Shown: piece after piece, positions 1-12,925 of the stretch
How positions within the stretch are numbered: the stretch's first letter is position 1
Layout: each line of letters opens with the position of its first letter
Origin: Camelus dromedarius
Taxonomy: Eukaryota
Assembly (NCBI RefSeq): GCF_036321535.1
Contig: NC_087437.1
Span: 45,820,001 to 45,884,000 of the forward strand
Reading direction: 5' to 3'
Length of the DNA: 64,000 nt
Notes under the pieces: model-generated
Databases searched by the model: none
What the model saw: the letters and a program-made list of their open reading frames with translations, nothing else
Told to the model about the DNA's origin: nothing
Translations under genes and position numbers: made by a program

Positions 1-3000
1 ACCAATAGGAATCAAAAAACATTTTCATTTTTGAATCAGTACCAAGGGAAGCCCCTATCCTCCTGTAGCTTCCATTCTAATGTGCTACAATATATACATT
101 TGCTTTTTTTCAGTTAAGGTCTTTTCATCCTTCAGTTTCTCTGCTATGGACATTTCAATGTGCCCATCATAGGAAAGATCTCGATAAAGATGACTCATAT
201 TTCTGAAATACTCAGCTGCTCTAGAAAATAGCACCCAAATTCGATTAAATCAGTGTGGCTCTGAATGAGGGCTCTGAGATGGCTCTGGTGGCCTTATAGG
301 CAAGGAAAAAAAAAATACACAAGATGCAGCACTGAATCTGGAGCTAGGGTAAAAATAGAGGATCTGAAATCCTGACTAGCTTGTTGAGAGAAGCCCAAAC
401 ATTAAGACAGAGGCTAAACATACATGATGGGGAAAGAAGGGCAGAGGAAGTGATGGCCGCAAGTGAGGACTGCTTCAGAAGTAGCTGATTGGTTTTATAT
501 GAGATGCTGTTAGTGTTACCTTTTGCATTTTCCCCTTCACCACAAATTTAATAACTTTATTTTCACTGCAGCGCCATCAATTTTAGCTGGGTTGTGCTAT
601 GATTCACTTCCCCAGAGCGTTTGCGTAATACGCATCCCGCAGGTCTCATTTCTGTAAATCACTGCTTTGTGGGGGAGAAGGGGGGTGGATTTCAGGCGCA
701 CTCCTGCCTTTGAGTGAGTTTCAAGACCGAAAGGAGATTGCATTTCCTGATTGCTAAGTTATCTCTGCTGTTCACTGAGAAATAATTTTCCCTATAACAC
801 TTCGGTTTGTATATTCGATAAAGTTAATATCTGTGAAATCAGTTGATTCTCACTGCGCTAAATTATACTGGAATAGACAGAAGATTGACTTCCTGGTATT
901 GACAAGAGAAAACTCTCAATGTCTTTTGACTTATTATCTCTGGCAGTTGGAAAGAATTACAATAAAACATGAAATGACTTTACAGGGTATGTTTAGAGAG
1001 CAAAGAAAATTAATGGAGGGATGGATTCTTAGGGTATTTTGCCTTTTGACAAAGATTTCTACTTCCTGTCAAATACTTCGTCTGAAATGAACTGGAGGAA
1101 CACAATGTAAATTGATTTATCCACACCCTAAGAAATACCTGAGGTTTAACTGCCTCTGCAATATTTATGTTTACATAAATAATTCAAGGGCAAATTAAAC
1201 CAGCTTTTATAATCACCTCCCACAGAGGCACATGGCTCAGTCCCAAGGACTTAACTGTGACTTGATGAAGGTACTTAGGTCACTACAACCAATAACCCTT
1301 ACAGAAAGTCCTAAAGGCATAAAGGAAAGAAATCCATAGCTTTCAAGCCTAAGCCCGTAGGAAGAAATACCGTATTTGCAGTTGATTCTAAGCACTGTGG
1401 GCTTCGGGAAACATAGCTCTATTAATGATGAATTTTCTAAATATACACTGTTTCAGCCTCATCCATGAGCTCATAGCACACCCAATCCTCAACGCACAGC
1501 TGAGCGACACCTTCCCCTAACCCGTGTGTCGTCACCTAACCTGGGCGAGCAGCTGCCTCCTCCGCAGTGTTCAGTTCACCATCTTCGGTCATTCACTCTC
1601 CGGGGAGCCACTTGCCTCCTTTCATTCTGCTCACTCTCCTGTAGTTCTGCCCAGGGACGAAGCTGTCGTCACAGACACAGCCTCTAGACAGAGGAGAAGC
1701 AGGCGAGCTCATGGCCAGCATCCTACCGGATTGTTCACCTGCCAGGTGACAACTTTCTCTTTTTCCAAGAACTCATATTTGAAAGTCCAGGATTGAAAAC
1801 AAGATTTTTAAAAATCATATATCCTGTCACTTGCTAGTTGAAATAGTAACTAAAATTTGCATTGAATGTTATAGCTTATTAAGTGATTCCCTTACATTAT
1901 CCGACTTACTCTGCTCCTAACCGAACTGAAGCAATTAGTCTAATTTGGTTGTGCAGACAAGGAAATTGCAGCTCAAAGAGGTTGAGAAGTTTTCTCCCCG
2001 AGGACAGTTTGTAGAGCTAGGTTCAAACACAAGTCTGACACGAGCACATGTGCCCGCTAAGGGGCAGGGACTTGGGTGCACAACTCTGGACCTAGACTCA
2101 GAACAGAGCCTGCACATAGTAGGCTCACAATAAATATTAGTGCAATTAAAGGAACTGTTAGCCCCATGCTCTTTGCTTTGCCTCCCACTGCCTTCCCAGG
2201 AAACAGGATTCCTCTGTCCTCCTTTCTCCTTCCTACATTCAGCACATCTTTCAAATTCAGATGATGATCACAGAGACTTCAAAACTTGCGTCTCACTTTG
2301 TTACAAAGCCTTCCCGCTTGATTCTGCTCATCTTCCATTATCCCATAATCAAGGGTTTGGTCATGAACTCTTATGCTGGCTTCTAATCGTATGCCAGTCT
2401 TGTCTTCAGTTCCTCTCGGGCTTCCTCATCTCAGCCAAGCCTGATGTGTCTGCGCTCACCTGCAGGGGGGTCCGTTTGTACTGAAGATCAAATAGGCTTG
2501 CACAGCAAAATTTTGGCAAGGCAGCAAGCCGAATCCTTTTAACTTTTGCTACTCCAAGTAGAAAAAGTAGACGGTGGACAAAGAAAGAGAAGGAGACACT
2601 AACCACATAGAAGGATTCTTCTAAGTAACAGTCAGTCCTTTTCCTGCTAGAAGCTAAGATGGCCTGCAAGACCCCACGAGCCACAGGAGGGAGAACTCAT
2701 GTCACTGCGTTTTGCACAGTGAATTTCTAGTAAGGACAGCTGCACCTTCCAGAACTTGTGTGGAAATAGTTGCTGCCACCGGGCTGATGGCTTCTGCATT
2801 CTCTTAGTGAGGAGGAACTCGCAAGGAACACCGGCACCAGCCAGGAGCTACCCTGCCGAGTGCGTTTAACTCCTGTGTGTGTGTAGACAGGTATGGGTGT
2901 GCTGTTTCAGTCAACAACACTGATTTTGGGATTATATACCCTCACTCACTTTTTACTTTCACTACAAAGTTAAGAACTTTTTCAGGCACATTTAACAAGG

Positions 3001-3779
3001 TAGACGCCCGTGACAGTTGTAATCGCCACCTGGGTGCCTAGACTGAGCAGACGGATGAGTAGGCTGCCTGATCAGGCCAGCTCTTTATAAACTTGAGATC
3101 AGTCTGGCCTCCAATGAGACGATGGAAGAAGTTCTTGACTTGAGGGCCTTCCTTTTTCTCTGATCTGTGTTTCTGCACCGCACACTTCTCCAGATCTTGA
3201 TCTGGATAAAGGCTCGAGTAGGGCGCCTGCCCTTAGCTCCCCACACTATAGAATGGTTCCTAAATACCTTCTGTAGATTGCATTTCGGGCTAACCCTTTG
3301 CCTGCACAGACTGGCAGTGCCTTTCTACTTCTTGATATCCTGTCTGCACACTCTGGGCGTTCCCTTGGTTTAGCTGAAACTCAGGAGCTGTGTCCAATAT
3401 TTCTCCTTTGTCTCCTACAGATGTAGGCAAAGAGCAAATGTTCACTAACGTATGAATTGAATTAAAGCCCACACAAGTCTAAGTTTAGGAATACATAAAT
3501 ACTTTCAGATATTGAAATAAAATAATATGTGGTTTCTTAAACTCTGATCTACACATGGATTTCATTGGCCTGCCCTTCAAACTGAAAATTTTCATGGTAG
3601 ACACAAGTGTTCATCTTTCAGAGACGAGCAAAATTAACTGTCATCAGCTTCCCAATGGGATCTACTACTAAAAACAGAGTTCTGCTACCACAAACTCTCT
3701 AAAGACTGCCCCCCAAAAAAGCAAAGAGACCTCATCTTTTAAAAAAAATTAGCTGTGTTTCTGCAGTGTCAACAATCCT

Positions 3780-4260
3780 GTTTGTTACATAAGGCCTCTG
3801 GAATAAGGGGACGACAAAAATATCACCAAAGACCTCGATTTCTTCTAAATCACTGTTTACAGGATTTGTTTACGTTGGAGAATCCACTCTAAAGGTCACA
3901 CTTTGATGGCCACGGGCTTAGCAAGATACAACTCCAGTGAAGAAAGATTCCGTCTTGAAAAAGCATCTAGCAAAATTAGCTCATGTCTAAAAAGCAAGAT
4001 TAAAGAGTCTCTTTTGCAGAAATATTTGAGGGCTTCAATTCTCCTAAGGGCCTCTCTAAGTCCTTTCATATTCAAATCGCTCACTTTCAAAGGGCCTCTC
4101 AGGCCACTACCACAGCTGATTTTCCATTCTTCAGTTGTTAACTGGTCTCACTCTGCCAGATCCTCATTTCTCAGTTTAAGTCTCCCAAACGCGCTTACGT
4201 GAAATCCCACATCTCCTGTAACATTTGTAGTTTCACATTTCAATTTGTCTTCTTGTTGCA
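3780..4260 (-). mobile_element. Ancient Tigger/pogo-type DNA transposon remnant (transposase C-terminal part)
   Basis: Minus-strand translation gives NEDLAE..QLTTEE followed by DLNMKGLREALRRIEALKYF, resembling the Tigger/CENP-B-family C-terminus; stops and frameshifts present. Confidence 0.5.
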
Positions 4261-4504
4261 CTGGAACATCGGGCATTCACACCCTGGGTGGCTGGACATA
4301 CGGATTAAGCAGGGAAAGACGTCTAAGAGCAGACATCTTATAACGGGTCAGTCAGTGAATTTTTTTACGCTGCTATATTCAAACAACCCTGTAACTACTG
4401 AGACTCTCAAAATAAATACTCAGATAATTAGGCCACCCTATACATCAAAATGTTAGCAGCAGTGATCCCTAAGTGGCGGGATCATGGGTTATAAAAATGT
4501 AACT

Positions 4505-4730
4505 GACTTTAATTGAGTGTTCACTTTGCATGCTAAGCACTTTGCAAGCATGACTTTGTCTAATATTCACAGAAACCCCCTGAGAGAGACACTATTATTT
4601 CCCTCTTTTCAAATGAGGAACCTGAGGTTTAGAAAGGTTAACACACTTACCTAAGGTCACGCTGGTAAGTGGCAGGGCTGGGATTTAACTCTGCTTATCT
4701 GACTTCCGAGCCCAGACTCTTAACCTACCA
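4505..4730 (-). mobile_element. MIR SINE
   Basis: Core motif aaatgaggaacctgaggtttagaaaggttaa...cctaaggtcac...ggcagggctgggattt, the reverse complement of the MIR core. Confidence 0.85.
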
Positions 4731-5267
4731 CTTCCTTGTGTTTTCTTCTTTCATACAAAGAAAATTTATTACTAGGGAGGGGGAAAGGTTGTTTCTTTTA
4801 AAACCACTGAGTACAACTATCACCTTGTATAGCTCCTCAAAGTCCTACTCCTCCAACTGTTTATGGTCCATTTGATAAATGTCGCCGATCAAAGCTTATT
4901 TCTCTGGGGTTTTATTAGAACTGGCACCTAAATTTCTTTAAAAAAATGAACAGTTTAGTCAAAGGTTTTTAACCAGTAGCCAATCTCTGGCTAGAGGCCT
5001 GAGGCATTTGTTGGTTGCAAAGTTCCTCTTTTGGCAGGCATACCAACTCACCGCTTTCTCCCAAGCTCAGCTTTAAGGGGCCATAAAACGGAGCTGAGCG
5101 AAAGAGGAAAGGCCAGAAACTGCATTTTATCCTGCAGGGGATACGAAGGATTAAGAATTTTTGTATTTAATCAGTTGTTCAGTGGATTTTCAATGTTGTC
5201 TCTATAGAGTTCCGTTCATTTTACATTATTAATATTAATGCTTTATTCATAATATTTACGTAGTAAT

Positions 5268-5785
5268 GTGTCCAGAGAAACAGAACCAGTAGGATATAGA
5301 GAGAGAGATGTACAAGAGGAAATTTATTACAGGAATTGGCTGATTCAATTATAGAAGCCAAGAGTCCCACAACCTGCACAAACTGCAGTCTGCAAGCTGG
5401 AGAAGCAGGTAGTCGTTCAGTCCAAGTCGTAGGCCTGAGAAGCAAGGGGAGCCAACGCTGTAACTCCCAGTCTAGGGGAGGAGTAGAGGGTAAACCTCAG
5501 AGTCTGAAGGTCCAAGAACCAGCAACTCCAATGTCCAAAGGCAGAAGAGGAATGACCTAACTCAAAGTGAAAGAGAATTCCTCCACCTTTTTTTTCTATT
5601 CAAGCCCCCAACAGATGGGATGGTGCCCCCCACACTGGTGAGGGCCACCTGCTTTACTCAGTCAACTGAATCTAATATTCATCTCTTCCAGAAACACCCT
5701 CACAGACACAACCAAAGATAATGTTTATTCTGGTGTATGGGCATCCTTTAACCCATTCAAGTTACAAGTAAAATTAACCATCACA
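5268..5785 (-). mobile_element. MLT2-type (ERVL) solo LTR
   Basis: ccagagaaacagaaccagtaggatata...ggaattggct... ending aaaattaaccatcaca, typical of MLT2 in reverse orientation. Confidence 0.8.
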
Positions 5786-6793
5786 GTGACCTGGAGTAAC
5801 TCTGAACAGCCAGAGCTTCAGGAAGCCACATGTTGGGCTGTTCAAAAATGTCTGGAAGGAGGCTTGAGTAACAAACTGTAGGACCAGAAAGATGGTGAGA
5901 GGAGGAGTGGGGCAGGGGCATACTTCAAACAGATGTTGGGAAAGATAAGAACATAACAGAAAGAGCATGGCCTTTGGAGGCAGACTGAGGAGGGCAGAAC
6001 CCCCAGATGCCCCCCGCCCCAGTCCCATGCTCCCCGACCCCTGACAGCAGTGTCGCGGCTGCTCTGTGGCAGCGGGGTCGTAGCCGGTACGAAGGGAGCT
6101 CGCCCACACTCTGCAACCATCCACACTGAAGTCACCTGCCACATCAGACACCATGTGATATGAAGCAAACAGCAGAATCCCCCATGACCCCCCGTAGCAG
6201 CAACATCAGGTCTTATTAGAGACTGGTTACATTTTTTTTCAGTTTTCTTCCCAAGAAGTCAACATGTTGAAGACTAATGTCTTGGACAGAGTAAACCCAC
6301 TGGTGAAGGAACTCCAAAGGGTAAAAGAGTGAACTTCTTGATAGTGGGATAGGGCCTCAGTGGTCATTTGGGATGATGAGGCCAGAGGAATATATTTACA
6401 GAGCTGCTTCTCTTTTATGATTTTCATTTTATCTAAGTTTAACTGATTTTTCCTGAATAGATATTTGAGGGATTTTATATTTATATAATTAAACCCATCA
6501 GCTTGTAGATAATATTTTTATATTGCTCCCTTATTCATATAATTCACAGTCTTAGAGCATGTCCTGTGTGCGTCCTGTGTGCCAAGCATTAGGCTAAAGA
6601 CTTAAATTAGACAATCTCATTAAACCCAGCTGTAGCTCTAGCCTTGTAGCCCTTTACAACCAGAATAACGATCCTTTCTTATGTCCTATGATTTTGTATT
6701 CTTTTTGTGACTTCATACTTTGTTTACAGTACACAGAATGAAGCATAGGTGTGAATGTATTTATTTCCAAACCAATAATTAGTGTGCCTAAGC

Positions 6794-6990
6794 GCAGAAG
6801 TCCACAAACAATGGCTTGTGGGTCAAATCTGGTCTGCTGCCTGTTTTTGTAAATAAAGTTTTTTATTGAAACAGTTACACTCATTTGTCTACATATGATC
6901 TATGGCTGCTTTCACACCACAAAGGCAGAGCTGAGAAGTTGCAAAGTTGAAAATATTTACTATCTAGCCCTTTGTCAAAAATCATTGATC
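6794..6990. mobile_element. MER58-type hAT-Charlie MITE
   Basis: ctgcctgtttttgtaaataaagtttttattgaaaca...atggctgctttcac...aaaatatttactatct is characteristic of MER58. Confidence 0.8.
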
Positions 6991-6996
6991 ACATAG

Positions 6997-8085
6997 TCTC
7001 CCAAGGAAAAAGAAATAAAAGCAAAAATAAAGAAATGGGACCTAATCAAACGGAAAAGCTTCTGCACAGCATAAGAAACCATCAACAAAATGAAAACACA
7101 AAGTACAAAATGAGAGATAATATTTGCAAATAATGTGACTGACAAAGGGTTAATACCCAAAATAAACAAACAGCTCCTACAACTCAGTATCAAAAAAATA
7201 AAATAAACAACCCAATCAAAAAATGGACAGAAGACTTAAACATTTTTCCAAAGAACAGATACAGATAGCTGACACAAGAAAAGATGCTCAAATCACTAAT
7301 TATCAGAAATGCAAATCAAAACCACAATAAGGTATCACCTCACACCTGTGAGAATGGCTGTCACCGAAAAAATCTACAAATAATAAATGCTGGAGAAGGT
7401 ATGGAGAAAAGGTAACCTTCTACACTATTTGGTAGGAATATAAGTTGGTACAACCACTACCGAAAACAGTACAGAGGTTTCTCAAAAAAACTAAAAATAG
7501 AACTACCATATGACCCAGCAATTCCACTCCTGGGTATCTATCCAGGAAAAAAAAAAAGAAAACTATAACTTGAAAAAAAATACATGCAACCCAATGTTCG
7601 AAGCATCACTATTTACAATAACCATGACATGGAAGCAACCCAAGTGCCCATCAACAGATGATTGGCTTAAGAAGATGTGATAATATATATACACACCGAA
7701 TATTAGTCATAAAGAATGAAATCTCGCCATTTGCAACAACATGGATGGACCTAGAAAATATTACACTTAGTGAAATAAGCCAAAGAAAAATACTATATAG
7801 CACTTATATATGGAATCTAAAAAATAATACAAATGAATCTACATGTCAAACAGAAACAGACTTGCAGACATAGAAAACAAACCTATGGTTACCAAAGGGG
7901 AGAGGAAAGTAGGGAGAGACAAATCAGGAATACGGGGTTAACAGATGCCAAATATCTTGTAATAACCTATAATGGAATATAGTCTGAAAAAAAAAAAAAA
8001 AGAATCACTATGCTGTACACCTGAAACACAATACTGTGAATTGACTGCACGTCAATAAAAAAGTCAAAATATAAGCAAAAAAAAA
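6997..8085 (+). mobile_element. 5'-truncated LINE-1 (ORF2 C-terminus plus 3'UTR and A-tail)
   Basis: Encodes degenerate KWDLIK-KSFCTA-ETI, with atatgacccagcaattccactcctgggtat and catttgcaacaacatggatggacctaga; AATAAA at 8054 and an A-rich tail. Confidence 0.93.
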
Positions 8086-8329
8086 GCATTACTCCTGTAA
8101 CTATTTTTCTCTTCATTGTTTTATCTCATCCCAATTGTTATTGCTAGTTACTACTCCTTTTCTGTTACTATATGAAGCACACAAGGCATTTAAAAAATAT
8201 TTTTTAATTTAAGCCAAACTTCTTCTTTACTGACACTTACTGTTTCAGATTGATTGTATTAACTGTTAAACGTTGTTCAAGTGAATAGATATAGACAAGC
8301 TAGTTGTAGTTGTTTACTACCGCTGTATA

Positions 8330-8679
8330 TTATCACAAGCAACAACAATACCTCCTTGCCATACAACAGTAAGTACTTAGATCATGGGTCTGCTCAGGGC
8401 TGAAGTGCTCTCAGCTGCTGGTCAAAGCAGGGCCAACTTGTACCACTCTTCCATGTGTCCATCAACCTCCTGGGACCAGCAGGCTACCCTAAGTGGACTT
8501 TTTTCTGGTGGCAACCCACAAGGATTCTCAGAACTGGCACGGGGACACTTCCACCTCATCGCATTGGCCAAAACAAGTCACAAGGCCAACCCAGATTCAA
8601 GGAGCAGAAAATTATACTGCAAAGTCACATAGCAGAAATCAAGGCGGCAGGGAGAACTGTGGTCAGTGATGCAATCAAT

Positions 8680-8680
<1 letters not shown>
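8330..8680 (-). mobile_element. Old MLT1 (MaLR) LTR fragment
   Basis: cattggccaaaacaagtcacaaggccaacccagattcaagg motif of old MLT1 subfamilies in reverse orientation. Confidence 0.6.

Positions 8681-8682
<2 letters not shown>

Positions 8683-8716
<34 letters not shown>
8683..8716. repeat. (GT)17 microsatellite
   Basis: Perfect GT run counted directly. Confidence 0.95.
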
Positions 8717-8718
<2 letters not shown>

Positions 8719-8833
8719 ACGTGCACACACACATATATTTAAACTTTAAAGCACATTTGCATTTCTACATTATACACATTTCAATATTTAATCCTGACAA
8801 AGGTCCTAGGAATTAGGTATTATCATTGTTGCC

Positions 8834-9085
8834 TTTTTTTTTTTAATGTTTACTGAAGTGTAGTTGATCTACAATGTTAGTTTCAGGTGTACAGCAAAGT
8901 GATTCGGTTATACATATACATACATACATATTTTTTATTTTCAGATTCTTTTCTATTATATGCTATTACAAGAAATTGAAAATAGTTCCCCATGCTATAC
9001 ACGGTAGGTCCTTGTCGTTTATCTATTTTATATATAATAATGTGTGTCTGTTAATCCCCAACCCCTAATTTATCCCTCCCCACCT
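8834..9085 (-). mobile_element. Short LINE-1 3'-end fragment (cetartiodactyl-type) inserted in a MIR
   Basis: T-tract then tagttgatctacaatgttagtttcaggtgtacagcaaagtgattc...; MIR-like sequence on both sides. Confidence 0.8.
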
Positions 9086-9295
9086 TTTAAAAATGAGACA
9101 GTCAAGTCAGGGTTCCCACTTACCCAATGCTAGTTTCAAAGTGGCAGAAGCAGGACTTGAATCTAAGCCTATTTTCAAAGACTTTCCCTGTGGGCCATAC
9201 TTGCATTATTATATTTGTCTACTACGGTGGCAATGGCTATGGCCTGGTAAAACTCAGTCCTTGTTGAACACGGTATAGAACTGTAGCTACTCAGG

Positions 9296-9855
9296 TGCTG
9301 TAGGCTGACTATTGGTGTCCTTGCTCAAAATTCATATGTTGAAACCTACCCCCTAATGTGATAGTATTTGGAGGTGGGGCCTTTGAGATGTGATCGAATC
9401 ATGGGGGCATGGCTCTCAAGAATGGCATTAGTGTCCTTATAAAAAAAGACCCCAGAGTGGGGAGGGTAGAGCTCAGTGTTAGAGGGCATACCTAGCATGC
9501 ATGAGGTCCTGGGTTCAATCCCCAAAACCTCCATAATAAATAAGTAAATAAACCTATTTACCTACCTCCCCAATAAATAAATGAACAAACCTAATTACTT
9601 CCCCCTGCAAAAAAAAAAAAAAAAAGAGAGAGAGAGAGACCCCAGAGAGCTCTCTCACCTCTTCTACCATGTGAGGACACACTGAGAAGACAGCCAGCAT
9701 CTCTGACTCCAGAAGTGGGCCCTTACCAAATGTAGAATCTGCTGGCACCTTCATCTTGAACTTCTCAGACTTCAAACTGTGAGAAAAAAAAGTCTGTTGT
9801 GTAACACACCCAGTCTCTGGTATTTTTGTGATAGCAGCCTGAATGGACTAAGACA
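9296..9855 (+). mobile_element. MLT1A/B-type MaLR LTR interrupted by a SINE
   Basis: aaattcatatgttgaaacct...gtatttggaggtggggcctttg...ctgctggcaccttcatcttgaacttc...gcagcctgaatggactaagaca. Confidence 0.85.
9458..9636 (+). mobile_element. tRNA-derived SINE (camelid vic-1-like)
   Basis: ggggagggtagagctcagtg (A box)...gaggtcctgggttcaatcccc (B box), AT-rich tail, poly-A; 11-bp TSD agaccccagag at 9447-9457 and 9637-9647. Confidence 0.88.
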
Positions 9856-10843
9856 CCAGGCCCCATTGCATGGGACCCCAGATGACTTATTTCCACCAAC
9901 AAAAGTGAACAGAAGTGATGAGTGTCATGTCCAGGGCAAGACTTTTCAGAAGAAAGCCCAACTCCTCCACCCTTCCACAGGTGGACAAAGACAACAAGAC
10001 GTTCGGTGAGCCTTCTGAAGTCACGGCTGCATTCCTCATCTGGGCTGTCTCATTCGGTATTCACCAGGCACAAGTGAACACTTGATACTTGGTCATTACA
10101 ACTGAGGAACTGAATCTTTAACCTGCTCTTACTAATACCTCTAGAAATTCTAATTAATTTAAATTTGTTATGGAATTCATCAAAGTACTTGAGGGCTGAG
10201 ACTGAAAACAGATGGAAAGCAACTAGAAAATGTAAATGTTCCCTAAATTGCAGAACTTCTTGGCAGAGGTCGAACAGTGGCCAATGCTTTGAGAAGCAAA
10301 ATAAAGGATCTAAAACACACAAATTCTTGATATAGTCACAGTTTGGTATTTCCAGTCTCTTTATGACTGGGTAACAAATTAAACTCCCTTTCCCCACAGA
10401 ATTAATTTGCCTCTCTCCCTGGTAAATAATTTATCATTTCAAGGCAACCTGACATACAACACGCAGGCAGAAAGCCACCTTTTTAAAAATCCACTAGTTC
10501 CTTAGAGCAGTTGTATCTTTTATTGATTATTTATTGTAACAACCCAGTACTTCTAATGGTTGTGAAACTCGGCTGGTCTGCACACTTTCAAAACAAGTAA
10601 CAGAGTAGCTCCCAAACACCACTGCCATCCATCACTCACAAGAAAGTCACAGTGACCAGCACCCTTGCTTTACGGATGGGTTTATGCTACAGTCCTACAA
10701 AGCAAGCTTTTATTTTTCCACTGGTGTGCTGAAAAAACGTGGAGCACACACCCTCAGCTGGCTATGAGCATTTTAACAGTGAAGGCTGGGGAAGATGTTG
10801 ACCCACTGCCTTCTCGTCCACTAGCACATGTAGAAGATGAGAA

Positions 10844-10990
10844 GGGGGGGGGAATAGCTCAGTGGTAGGGCACATGCTTAGCATGCACGAGGTCCTGGGT
10901 TCAATCCCCAGTATCTCCATTAAAAAATAAGAAGAAGAAAGCTAATTACCTGCCCCCCTCCAAAAAAAGCAGTAAGTAATTTTTTTTTAA
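10844..10990 (+). mobile_element. tRNA-derived SINE (camelid vic-1-like)
   Basis: tagctcagtggtagggcacatgcttagcatgcacgaggtcctgggttcaatccccag plus the shared ctaattacctgcccc tail. Confidence 0.88.
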
Positions 10991-11300
10991 TGACAAGACT
11001 ATTTAGACATTGAACACCAGGAAAGTATGATTGCTTTTCAGCTTCTGTTTACTTTACACACCACAGACAAACGTCACGGGGATGAATGTAAATGGCAGTG
11101 AGTCCTCACTATGGAAGGGGATGCAATGAGTCTTGGCGAGGAAGGGATGTTAATTTGATTAAAGGCAAGTCTGTGACTCAGGATAATCCATGCTCCTTCA
11201 TCTCCTCTCAGATTTCTCCAGCACCTCCTTCAGGAGCACCTCTTGGCTGTGGAGCCTGTGACTAGAACTCAGAGCCAGTTCACACCGTGGCTCATCCTCT

Positions 11301-11888
11301 TGTTGCAGAAAAATGTGTTACAGCTCAGTTGTGACAGCAACCTGGATCCCTGCAATAGACCAAGCACACTTGGAGAGTTGGAGAACTCAGGTTTATTACG
11401 CCAGCATACCCAGAGGAGTTAACACTTCAAGCTCTGGACCCCACCTGTAGGTTTACACAGGACTTTTATAGGCTGCCAGTTTTACACTTTGCAACAACGT
11501 ATGTTAAGTAAAGTATATCAGAAGTTGACCAACCAGGAACAAGCTTTGTAGAAATAGAGGAATCAGGAGTGACAGAAATAACCAATCAGGAGTGAGGGAA
11601 CTAGCCAATCAGGAGTGAGCTCTATGCCAATGAAGTACTACAAATGGGCCAATTAGAAGTTAGGGAAGTGGACCAATCAGAAGTGAGAGTAATAACCAAT
11701 CAGGCATGAAGGAAATAACCAATCAGAAATGAGCTCAGGGAACCAATAGAATTTTAGGTGTAAGTTAGCCGCTTTAGAGGCAAAAAGTGAGATAGAGCCT
11801 CTGGGTTACGGAACCGGACGGTGCTGGGAGGAGAGCAGCGGCCCTGCCTAGGGGTCCTGCCGGTCTTTTTATGAGGCTTCCTGCCTCA
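11301..11888 (-). mobile_element. ERV1-class solo LTR with tandem CCAAT array, inserted into a MIR
   Basis: TG...CA ends, near-TSD ctct/ttct, minus-strand TATAAAA (11464-11470) and AATAAA (11392-11397) in U3-R order; MIR-like sequence on both flanks. Confidence 0.85.
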
Positions 11889-12925
11889 TTCTGACTAGCT
11901 GAGTGGCCATGATCAGGTCATCTCGCTGAATCTCATTTTCCTTTTCCACGTGAGGATTAAAGGGACTAGTGTAGATAACGTGTGGAGTGCATACATAATA
12001 ACTTAGTCGTCAATACGTGTAGCTGTCATTCTGTTTCTGGACACTTCTCCATCTCCCCCTCCCCAAAACCACCCTTGTACCTGCAGCTTTAAGTGCCACA
12101 TGGCAACTTACTCATTTTTAAAACCTCAAAACTCATTCAACCAAAAACGGCCTCATAACATAACCAAGAAACAGACACATTTTGGGAAGCAGATGAAAAG
12201 GAAGCTCCTATGACAAATGCTGTCCCAGGTCATTGGTTACGGAGCAGCGAGACAAGTCTCAGCCAGATCTGTTACCCTGGACAGAGACTTCCTCACTGTC
12301 CTTCCTTAGGCTAATGCTTTTAGTAATAACTGCTTCCCCTTTTATCTTGTGAAACAAAATCAAGACCACAGAATGGTGATGTGACTAATGCTGGGCCCTC
12401 CACCGTCCTCCTGTGTTACCTTACGTACATGTGATTTGTGCATTTGTTGGATCCTTAACAAGGATAAGACATGTTGGACATGTCTGAGGCCTGCCTGATC
12501 TGCGACTCATTCCAGTTGGTTCAAATCCAAGGTCTTGATCCAGACAGGAACTTTCACATACTGAAAGTCTGGTGCTGACTAAGAATCAACCAAGATACCG
12601 CAAGAGATCAGAGGACAAGAGTCCTAAAACATACCCTTCTGCAGCCTCACTTCTCAGTCTCCATGCAAATCACTCCCCCTTCTCCTTACTTTCGGCTTGA
12701 AGTTATAAGATGCCAAACAGTGAGGGGAGTGTTTAAGACATTACCATGAAGACAGAGGCTCACAGTATATAAGCACTTATAAAATATTTCTTCTATGAAC
12801 GGTGTCTCAACAACCTATCAGTTTGACTATGGCAAACTCTTCCAGCAAGAGTTCTAAAATCCTTCAACTGCTCTGTCATCACTGTTTTCAGCCAGGGATC
12901 CTAAGGAGAGCAGTTTCTGAGGGGG

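Noticed and set aside
9458..9535. tRNA-like sequences (also at 10844 and 57463)
   Set aside because: SINE heads with AT-rich tails, poly-A and TSDs, not functional tRNA genes; ORFs 9346..9534 and 57346..57537 are just their antisense reading.
11520..11750. Regularly spaced repeats that might suggest a CRISPR array
   Set aside because: Mammalian DNA, ~23-bp tandem units with no unique spacers and no cas genes; they lie inside an LTR U3.
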